Source: Candidatus Wukongarchaeum yapensis (GTDB taxonomy: Archaea; Asgardarchaeota; Wukongarchaeia; Wukongarchaeales; Wukongarchaeaceae). Taken from it: a stretch of DNA of 9,600 nt. Both the position numbers and the translations under genes were made by a program. Positions within the stretch are counted from its first letter, which is position 1, and every line of letters starts with the position of its first letter. Positions 1 to 6,642 of the stretch are shown here, one piece after another. The notes beneath the pieces were generated by a model. That model did not search any database. It worked only from the letters and a program-made list of their open reading frames with translations, and was not told the origin of the DNA. The stretch spans positions 1-9,600 of the forward strand of contig JAEOSI010000073.1 in NCBI GenBank assembly GCA_016840425.1, in the 5' to 3' direction.

Positions 1-263
1 GTTTTTTTACCGCCAGCATAAATAGACACGAAAACGCCCGGTCTCCCGTCTGGAGTCTTCTCCGGCCTCGGACCCTCGATTCCAGCTTCTACGGGGCACA
101 TTTATGCTTAGTAACCTCTATGGTTACTAATTATCATTGAGACCCCGAATCCGATGATGTTTTGCGCGGTTTCTAGGGCGGTTTCTTCTGTGTCGGCTGT
201 TATGAGTAATCTTATGGCTTGTGCGCCAAAGGCTTCTGCAAATGTTTCTTCGATTTCGACCAT
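1..263 (-). CDS. ftr: Formylmethanofuran:tetrahydromethanopterin formyltransferase, 5' part, split by a 30-nt insert (exon 1 263-132, exon 2 101->1; continues beyond the window)
   Basis: Manual translation: 263-132 gives MVEIEETFAEAFGAQAIRLLITADTEETALETAQNIIGFGVSMI and 101-3 gives MCPVEAGIEGPRPEKTPDGRPGVFVSIYAGGKK. These match the Ftr motifs E-x-TFAEAF, RxLITA, GFGxSxIMCPxEAGI and TPDGRPG. RBS-like AGGGGT lies 7 nt before the ATG. Functional only if the insert is spliced; otherwise a pseudogene. Confidence 0.9.
102..131 (-). other. Candidate BHB-type intron (30 nt) in ftr
   Basis: Insert ATTAGTAACCATAGAGGTTACTAAGCATAA reads I-S-N-H-R-G-Y-stop-A-stop in frame. It contains the perfect stem TTAGTAACC/GGTTACTAA with a 5-nt loop. 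Removing it yields TCA ATG ATA ATG TGC CCC (SMIMCP). Confidence 0.65.
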
Positions 264-270
264 TAATATA

Positions 271-276
271 ACCCCT
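271..276 (-). promoter_or_regulatory. Shine-Dalgarno-like site of ftr
   Basis: AGGGGT on the - strand, 7 nt upstream of the ATG at 263. Confidence 0.55.
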
Positions 277-309
277 ATTAAATATGGTTTGTTCTGTTTT
301 AAGAATTTG

Positions 310-510
310 GATTTTATATTTAATTTTTTCGTGTAATCTTTGAGGGTAGCTCTTTGAAAAAGTTCTAGTATTGTCTTTATATAATTGGGTTTTTAGGGTT
401 TATACCTTCATTTTAGGGGGTAGTTATTTTTCGTGTTATTAATCTAAAAGCTTCTATGAGTTATTAGAGTGGTTTTTTATTTTTTTTATGTTTATTAGGT
501 TTTAAAAGAA
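310..510. repeat. Copy 1 of a decayed ~250-bp direct repeat
   Basis: Collinear matches to copy 2: 310-328 vs 556-574 (18/19), 344-361 vs 596-613 (16/18), 374-399 vs 626-651 (23/26), 481-510 vs 732-761 (26/30). Confidence 0.8.
311..330 (-). promoter_or_regulatory. Possible BRE/TATA promoter for ftr
   Basis: The - strand reads GAAAAAATTAAATATAAAAT about 50-65 nt upstream of the ftr start. The AT-rich context weakens specificity. Confidence 0.35.
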
Positions 511-529
511 TGAAGAAAGAATGAAGAAA
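505..529 (+). repeat. 11-bp tandem duplication AAAGAATGAAG x2
   Basis: 505-515 and 516-526 are identical and followed by AAA. Confidence 0.7.
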
Positions 530-555
530 TAAACAAAAAAATTATCGAATGATTA

Positions 556-761
556 GATTTTATATTTGATTTTTAGCTCGAAAAGTGTGAGGGGGGGGTA
601 GCTTTATGAAAAATCCTGAGATGCATCTTTATAAAATCGGGTTTTTAAGGTCTTAAGTGCTGTTGGAGGGATGGTTTTTTTTGGGGGTTATTATTCTATA
701 ATCTTCGTATAAAAATTGTCTTTAATATTTGTTTTTTTAAGTTTATTTGGTTTTAAAAAAT
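556..761. repeat. Copy 2 of a decayed ~250-bp direct repeat
   Basis: Same four blocks as copy 1 at a near-constant offset of 246-252 bp. Confidence 0.8.
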
Positions 762-880
762 AGTTTTTTTTCTTGGTTTTGGCATTATGTTGTTTGTTTG
801 TCTTTTTATACAAAAAGAATAAAAATGGGGTGCGGATCTAAAACACTGATCGTTCTCTTAGAGTATAGGTATAATAAATG

Positions 881-888
881 TTTTATAT
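881..888 (+). promoter_or_regulatory. Possible TATA box for the fwd operon
   Basis: TTTTATAT preceded by A-rich AATAAATG, about 80 nt upstream of fwdD. Confidence 0.35.
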
Positions 889-968
889 GTAATATCGGCA
901 TTTTCTTTAGAGGGCGATCTTACGTAAATTTGTTAATGTGAAAGAATGTTGTCAAGGTGATTTCAAAA

Positions 969-1361
969 ATGGCTGGTAAAGAGTTTTACTTAATCTCTGG
1001 AAGAGATATCAAGCAGGGCACCTCGATGGAGAGGTATGGAAAGCTTTCAGAACAGTATGCTGAAGTAGTTTCGAGGCTGGAGATTAATCCTGAGGATCTT
1101 AAGGCTCTTGGTGTTAATGATGGTGATCCTATAAGGGTCACAAGTGATGAAGGGTCGGTTATTGCTACAGCGAAGTCAAGCACTGATGTTGAGATTGGAA
1201 TGGTCTTTATAGCTTATGGTCCATGGGCTAATGTGCTTAGTGGTACTTATACCCACGGTACTGGGATGCCTGACTTTAAATCGGTTAGGGTGACCATGGA
1301 AAAAGCAGAAGGTGAAAAGGTTCCTACTGTCAAAGAAGTTGTTAAACTGATGTTAAAATAG
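969..1361 (+). CDS. fwdD: Formylmethanofuran dehydrogenase subunit D
   Basis: Molybdopterin dinucleotide-binding domain signatures (INPEDL..LG...GD.IRVTS..GSV; GMVFIAYGPWAN; GMPDFKS). Start placed at ATG 969 because GGTGA (956-960) is RBS-like; the track's GTG 957 lies inside it. Confidence 0.92.
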   Translation: MAGKEFYLISGRDIKQGTSMERYGKLSEQYAEVVSRLEINPEDLKALGVNDGDPIRVTSDEGSVIATAKSSTDVEIGMVFIAYGPWANVLSGTYTHGTGMPDFKSVRVTMEKAEGEKVPTVKEVVKLMLK

Positions 1362-1426
1362 GTTAAAGAGGTGTTAAAAACAAAATAATTCTTTAATATT
1401 TTTGAAAAGTAAGAGGTTTGATAAAA

Positions 1427-2713
1427 ATGGTGGAAGTATATAAAGACGTTGTTTGCACTTTTTGTGGATGCCTTTGCGACGATATCGAAATACACGTTGA
1501 GGATAACAAGATCGTGAAAGCGGTAAACAGTTGTGCTATTAGTCGTGCAAAGTTTTTAGGGCATGAATCTAATGGTGAAAGACAGGTTCTCATAGACGGC
1601 AAAGAAGCTTCTCTTGATGAAGCCATAAAAAAGGCTGCGGAAATACTTGTAAACGCTGAAAACCCGTTGATCTATGGTCTTGCTTCTACGAGTAATGAAG
1701 CCATTAGAAAGTCTATGGAACTGGCTGAAAAAGTTGGGGCAAAGATTGATAACACTTCTTCAGTCTGTCACGCACCAACACTGCTGGCCACACAGTTTGT
1801 TGGCGATCCAAAATGTACTCTTGGAGTCATAAAAAACAGGGCTGATTTAATCATATTCTGGGGTTGTAATCCTACACAAGCTCATCCACGGCACTTTGAA
1901 CGCTACTCTTCAAATGTTAAAGGGTATTTCACTCAAAATGGTAGAGAGGATAAAAAGGTTGTCTTTATTGATGTTCGAGAAACTAGATCTACTAGCAAAG
2001 GAGACCTTTTCTTAAAGATAGAACCTGGTCGTGATTTTGAGTTAATGCTTGCTTTAAGGGCTTTGCTTCGCGGTAAAAAGTTGCAAAAAGACGTTGTTGC
2101 AGGCGTAAAAGTTGAAGATTTAGAAAAAATCATAGACATGTGTAAAAACGCAAAGTTTGGAGTTATATTTTTCGGCTTAGGTCTTACTATGAGCCGTGGA
2201 AAATATCTTAACATTGAATGTGCTATCAGCTTTACAAGAGAGCTTAATAATCACACTAGCTTTCTTATCATACCTATGAGAGGCCACTATAACGTCACAG
2301 GGGCAAATTCCGTGATGACGTGGATCTCTGGTTACGGCTATGCTGTAGACTATAGCAGAGGATATCCCCGCTATAGCCCGGGAGAATTCAGCGCTGTAGA
2401 TGCCCTTGCAGAATACTGTGATGCTGCTCTGATAATTGCTTCTGATCCTGTAGCTCACTTTCCAAAAAATGCTGTAAAAAGAATGGGTGATATGCCCGTA
2501 GTTTTGATTGATCCAAAGCCTAATTGCACTTCTATCGTGGCAAATGTTTATATTCCGAGTTTAAGCGTCGGCATAGAGACTGAAGGTACTGCCTATAGAA
2601 TGGATGGTGTTCCATTATATACGCGAAAAGTCGTCAATGGCCCTGATGGCGTCTTGTCTGATGAAGAAATACTTGAACGCATAATGGAAGAGGTGGATAA
2701 GCTTCAGAGGTGA
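1427..2713 (+). CDS. fwdB: Formylmethanofuran dehydrogenase subunit B (Mo/W-bisPGD catalytic subunit, Cys form)
   Basis: CTFCGCLCDD plus a distal Cys (one [4Fe-4S]); SSVCH metal ligand; RADLIIFWGCNP..AHPRH; PMRGHYNV; GIETEGTAYRMDGVP. ATG 1427 follows GAGGT. W versus Mo cannot be told from the sequence. Confidence 0.95.
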   Translation: MVEVYKDVVCTFCGCLCDDIEIHVEDNKIVKAVNSCAISRAKFLGHESNGERQVLIDGKEASLDEAIKKAAEILVNAENPLIYGLASTSNEAIRKSMELAEKVGAKIDNTSSVCHAPTLLATQFVGDPKCTLGVIKNRADLIIFWGCNPTQAHPRHFERYSSNVKGYFTQNGREDKKVVFIDVRETRSTSKGDLFLKIEPGRDFELMLALRALLRGKKLQKDVVAGVKVEDLEKIIDMCKNAKFGVIFFGLGLTMSRGKYLNIECAISFTRELNNHTSFLIIPMRGHYNVTGANSVMTWISGYGYAVDYSRGYPRYSPGEFSAVDALAEYCDAALIIASDPVAHFPKNAVKRMGDMPVVLIDPKPNCTSIVANVYIPSLSVGIETEGTAYRMDGVPLYTRKVVNGPDGVLSDEEILERIMEEVDKLQR

Positions 2714-2716
2714 ATT

Positions 2717-4435
2717 ATGATGGCTGAAAGTATGATTATTAAAGGCGGCATCGTCTATGATCCCCTTAACGGGGTTAAAGGCGAAAAAACGGATATTATG
2801 ATAAAAGATGGCGTAATAGTTAGCGAAGTACCATCAGATGCTAAAGAAGTGGATGCAAGTGGCAAGATTGTTGCACCAGGCGGCGTCGAAATGCATGCTC
2901 ATGTGGCAGGTCCCAAAGTTAACGCGGGTAGAACTCTTCTTCCTGGAGACTTTAGGAGATACTATGTGCCAAAAACAGACTCCTTAAGGGCCCTTGTAGG
3001 TTATGCTGTACCCACAAACTATACTACAGGGGTCAAGTATACTGAACTGGGATTCACCACAGTTTTTGAGCCTGCAATGGCTCCTCTTGATGCAAGACAT
3101 ACCTTTGAAGAGCTTGAGGACATGCCGAATGCAGATAAAGCTGTTTTTCCTGTTTTCGGCAATAACTGGTTTGTCTTCGATTGCGTGAAAGACAATGATA
3201 TAGAGAAGTTGAAAGCCTTTATCGCATGGATGATGACTGAAACAAAAGGCTATGGTATTAAAATCGTTAATCCTTGTGGAGCCTACATGTGGGCCCATCA
3301 TCACTCAAATGTTACGAGCGTTGATGACGTAGTTCCAGAATATGATGTAACCCCGCGCCAAGTATTAAGAGGCTTAGCCCAAGCCAACGAAGAACTTGGA
3401 TTACCTCACACGATCCATGTACATGCGAACATGCTTGGTAGGGTAGGAAATGTATCAACAACCTTAGATACCCTAAAATGTGTGGAAGATATTAAACCTC
3501 ACCCGAGCAGGGAGCAAGTGATACACCTTACACATCTGCAGTTCAACTGTTTTGGTGAAGACGAGAATCATAGAATTTGTAGTGGCGCAGAAGATTTGGC
3601 AGAATATATAAACAGTCATCCTCAGGTGTCCGCTGACTTAGGACAGGTTATAGTTGATGTTCCCACATGCACAATGACTAGTGATGGTCCGGCAGAGTTT
3701 TTCATTCACAAAGCTCTGGGGCCAAAAGCAAAATGGATTAATGGTGATGTTGAAGCTGAGTGTGGTGGAGGAATAGTTCCTATAACCTATAGAAGCAACA
3801 ATCCTTTCAACGCGATCCAGTGGGCTATAGGCATTGAAACCTGTCTCCTTGTTAAGGATCCGTGGCGAGTAGTAATTACCACAGACCATCCTAACGGTGG
3901 TCCCGCATGGTATTACCCACGCGTTATTTCATGGCTCATGAGTAAGAAAGCACGGGATAAGATGATAGAAACCGTTCACAAATCTGTGCAGGATAAAACC
4001 AGTCTAGTAAACCTAGAACGTGAGTATACTTGGGAAGAAATATTGATCTGTACAAGGGCTGGTCCCGCCAAGCTTCTTGGGTTAAAGTCGAAAGGTCATT
4101 TAGGCGAAGGCGCCCATGCTGATGTTGCAATATATCCAATAGATCCAGAAAAAGTGGACATGGCAAACCAACCAGAAGAGATTGAAAAGAAATTATGGGC
4201 AGACATGGTGATAAAAGACGGAAAGTTCCTAGTAAAGAATGGTAAAACCATCACAACTGAAAGAGGAAGAACATACCTAATAAATCAGTATTACAAGGAC
4301 GAAGAACACAAAAGGATGCTTAAAGATCTTAAAGAGCACTTCCAGAAGTGGTACAGTATAACGTTTAACAATTACCGCATACAAGATGTCTTTGCTCCAA
4401 GGCCTCAAACTGTATCAATAAACCCTATTAGTTAA
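2717..4435 (+). CDS. fwdA: Formylmethanofuran dehydrogenase subunit A (binuclear amidohydrolase)
   Basis: EMHAHVAGPKVN, GIKIVNP (carbamylated Lys position), IHVHAN, HLTHLQF, TTDHPNGGP, GHLGEGAHADVAIY. RBS GAGGTG at 2707-2712. Start could be 2720. Confidence 0.95.
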   Translation: MMAESMIIKGGIVYDPLNGVKGEKTDIMIKDGVIVSEVPSDAKEVDASGKIVAPGGVEMHAHVAGPKVNAGRTLLPGDFRRYYVPKTDSLRALVGYAVPTNYTTGVKYTELGFTTVFEPAMAPLDARHTFEELEDMPNADKAVFPVFGNNWFVFDCVKDNDIEKLKAFIAWMMTETKGYGIKIVNPCGAYMWAHHHSNVTSVDDVVPEYDVTPRQVLRGLAQANEELGLPHTIHVHANMLGRVGNVSTTLDTLKCVEDIKPHPSREQVIHLTHLQFNCFGEDENHRICSGAEDLAEYINSHPQVSADLGQVIVDVPTCTMTSDGPAEFFIHKALGPKAKWINGDVEAECGGGIVPITYRSNNPFNAIQWAIGIETCLLVKDPWRVVITTDHPNGGPAWYYPRVISWLMSKKARDKMIETVHKSVQDKTSLVNLEREYTWEEILICTRAGPAKLLGLKSKGHLGEGAHADVAIYPIDPEKVDMANQPEEIEKKLWADMVIKDGKFLVKNGKTITTERGRTYLINQYYKDEEHKRMLKDLKEHFQKWYSITFNNYRIQDVFAPRPQTVSINPIS

Positions 4436-4452
4436 AGTGGAGGTTAATAATT

Positions 4453-5232
4453 ATGTATCAAGTTTCTTTTAAACTCAAGAAAGAAGCTCCAAGGCTTGAA
4501 ATTGATACGCTTACCCCCGATTGTCTGTGTCTTTGTTCTGCTGAGGAACTTAAAAGCGTGAAAATCTGGCGTGGTAAAAAAGAAGTGCCTGCATCAGAAC
4601 ATTTTGAAGTTAAAGGAGAACCCGGTCCAACGCCAGAAGAAACAATGGTGGTCATAGAAAACTGTAAACCTTTTGTCCACTATGCTGGTATGTTCATGAG
4701 CGGCGGTATCCTTAAAATTAAAGGTTCTTGCGGAAACTACATCGGCTCAAGGATGACTGGCGGCCTAATAGAGGTTGAAGGAAATGTCGGCGACATGGTA
4801 GGCGAAGAAATGAAAGCTGGAAAAATAGTAGTAAAAGGCAATGCAGGCAACTATTTGGGTTCTGCCTGGTGGGGTGATACAACTGGTATGACTGGAGGAC
4901 AAATAGTGGTTGAAGGAAATGTTGGTGAGATGTGTGGACAGTGGATGGAAGGCGGCTACATAAGGGTTAAAGGTAACGCTGGTGACTTCCTTGGCGTAAA
5001 GCAGGTAAGAGGAATAATCCTTGTCGAAGGCGATGCAGGCTACTGTTGTGGAGCAGGAATGACTTATGGTCGCATTTTAGTTTTAGGTAATGTGGAAATC
5101 CTCCCAACATATGAACCAGACGGCACCTACGAACAACTTGACATTTTAGACGAGATATTCAAAGGGCCCTTCCAGCTTTACAAGGGTGACGGTGCAGAGG
5201 ACGGAAAAGGAGACCTTTATGTAAGAAAATAG
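4453..5232 (+). CDS. fwdC: Formylmethanofuran dehydrogenase subunit C
   Basis: Repeated G-x-x-G-x-x-x-G-x-x-M-x-G-G-x-I-x-V-x-G beta-helix units and C-terminal GDGAEDGKGDLY. RBS GGAGGT at 4439-4444. Confidence 0.93.
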   Translation: MYQVSFKLKKEAPRLEIDTLTPDCLCLCSAEELKSVKIWRGKKEVPASEHFEVKGEPGPTPEETMVVIENCKPFVHYAGMFMSGGILKIKGSCGNYIGSRMTGGLIEVEGNVGDMVGEEMKAGKIVVKGNAGNYLGSAWWGDTTGMTGGQIVVEGNVGEMCGQWMEGGYIRVKGNAGDFLGVKQVRGIILVEGDAGYCCGAGMTYGRILVLGNVEILPTYEPDGTYEQLDILDEIFKGPFQLYKGDGAEDGKGDLYVRK

Positions 5233-5259
5233 GATTATTATAAAGGCGGTTTGATAAAA

Positions 5260-6111
5260 ATGGCAGAAGCAAAAGTTGTTCCCGTGAGCGCAAGTTATTG
5301 TGAAGCAATAACTTCTTGGTGCACGAGATTATTAATCACAGCAAAATCCTATGAATGGGCAGAAAATTCAGCTGTCGAGCTGTGCGGTTTTAGCGAAAGC
5401 GCTATCGAAAGACGTGCAAGTGAAACTGAAACCCCTGACGGAAGACCGGGGGTTTTCGTGCAACTCCATAACTATACGAGGGCTGCTTTGAAAGGTATGA
5501 TGTTGGCAAGGGCAAGTCAAACTGTGCTAACTTGCCCGACAACAAGGCTTTTCAACGCTATTTCCGAGGACTCAGAAAAACGATATAAACTCGGTAAAGG
5601 TTTCTCAATGTTCGGAGAAGGCTATCAGAAGCTGGAGAAAAAATGGGACAGAGATATGTACAGTGTGCCAGTAATGGAAGGTTTGTTCTGGCTTGAAGAA
5701 AAATATGGTTTACGTAGAGGCGTTGTAGGCGTTGGTCTCATATTTACAGGAAAAGAACAAAAAGACCTTGTTCAATTCGCTGCAAAAGCCACTGAAAAAT
5801 TGAAGGCAGAGCCTCTGAAAATAATCTTACCCCACCCAGGGAAAAGTGTCAGATTTGGAGAAGCTTTAGCAGCTACACGTCTCAGCAACCTTGGCGTAAG
5901 CGCTAAATTCGATCCGTTGAAAGAACCTAATGCAGAAATAGTTTTCAACGCTATATCGCCAGTCCAAGCAGCATGCGCAATAAGCACAGTTAAGGACATG
6001 GCAAAAGGAGCAGGTGTTAAACTTCTTGGAAGAACCTACGGCAACTGTCTCCGAGGAATGTACGACGACGAAGGCTACGCTTTACGCGAACTAATCTACC
6101 TAGAAAGTTGA
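5260..6111 (+). CDS. Divergent Ftr-family (FhcD-like) protein
   Basis: Keeps RLLITA, TPDGRPG, T-C-PT, FGEGYQ, PVMEG and EIV, but lacks several canonical Ftr motifs. Last gene of the fwd operon. Confidence 0.85.
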   Translation: MAEAKVVPVSASYCEAITSWCTRLLITAKSYEWAENSAVELCGFSESAIERRASETETPDGRPGVFVQLHNYTRAALKGMMLARASQTVLTCPTTRLFNAISEDSEKRYKLGKGFSMFGEGYQKLEKKWDRDMYSVPVMEGLFWLEEKYGLRRGVVGVGLIFTGKEQKDLVQFAAKATEKLKAEPLKIILPHPGKSVRFGEALAATRLSNLGVSAKFDPLKEPNAEIVFNAISPVQAACAISTVKDMAKGAGVKLLGRTYGNCLRGMYDDEGYALRELIYLES

Positions 6112-6130
6112 AACAGTAATAAAAAACCAA

Positions 6131-6144
6131 TTTTCCTTTTTTTT
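6131..6144 (+). terminator. Oligo-T archaeal terminator candidate after the fwd/ftr-like operon
   Basis: TTTTCCTTTTTTTT about 20 nt after the stop codon. Confidence 0.5.
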
Positions 6145-6179
6145 AATATTTCCTAAAATCTTTTCAATATAAACTAAAA

Positions 6180-6614
6180 TTGGGAGAACAATTCTTGAAT
6201 TTAGAAAAGAAAAATAAAAAAAGATTAAAATATTCGAGATTATGTCCTGTCACTGAGGTTGATAAGGATTCAGGGGCTAAAGTTTTTTTAAATTTAGACA
6301 AACTTGAAAGAGAAGAGCTCCGTGATAAGTTATGGTTATGCACTTCCTGCTTTCTTTGTGAAGAAGATATCCTAAATAAATCCACCAATTCTAGCCCTAG
6401 AAAGTTAAGCATTGAAAAACGGAGGGGACAAAAGCCTGAGGATAAGCCGTTGCTCTTCCGAAATTTCTTGAAAAGAATCCTTGATACAGGGTATGTTTTT
6501 AAGATGACGGAAGTTCAAAAAGAGGCTAGAAAATCCTTAGGATTACCACCATTACCAAAAACAGGTAAAGAAGAACTAAAATCTCTAATAAAACGTTTAA
6601 AAGAATGTAAATAA
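6180..6614 (+). CDS. HdrC-like Fe-S protein, degenerate (one predicted [4Fe-4S])
   Basis: LWLCTSCFLC and the C-terminal ILDTGY...ARKSLGLP resemble HdrC (LWxCxxCxxC ... xTGH ... RKxLGLP). Start is uncertain (TTG 6180 or TTG 6195). Confidence 0.6.
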   Translation: MGEQFLNLEKKNKKRLKYSRLCPVTEVDKDSGAKVFLNLDKLEREELRDKLWLCTSCFLCEEDILNKSTNSSPRKLSIEKRRGQKPEDKPLLFRNFLKRILDTGYVFKMTEVQKEARKSLGLPPLPKTGKEELKSLIKRLKECK

Positions 6615-6642
6615 GTGATATCAGGCTTTGTTTTTTGAAAAG

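Noticed and set aside
102-134. Insert as a transposon/MITE footprint with an ATAA target duplication
   Set aside because: Removing one ATAA copy deletes 29 nt and breaks the frame; only 30 nt restores the motif. I saw no second copy or transposase in the window. Not fully excluded genome-wide.
154-336. + strand 60-aa ORF
   Set aside because: Antisense shadow of the real ftr gene on the - strand; no recognisable motifs.
591-628. G8 tract (591-598) and palindrome AGATGCATCT (619-628)
   Set aside because: Neither is conserved in the other repeat copy (G3, and no palindrome); the tract is non-coding, so no case for phase variation; short palindromes are expected by chance.
747-941. + strand 64-aa ORF in the intergenic region
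   Set aside because: TTG start, no RBS, low-complexity T-rich sequence that overlaps repeat copy 2 and the putative promoter.
264-968. Moco/Tuco riboswitch or CRISPR array upstream of fwd
   Set aside because: No GC-rich multi-stem structure recognisable; the repeats are two long degenerate copies, not regularly spaced identical 25-40 bp units.
1368-1388. Orphan RBS-like GAGGTG and tiny GTG ORF between fwdD and fwdB
   Set aside because: Only 5 codons; could be a relic of a lost gene start but cannot be supported.
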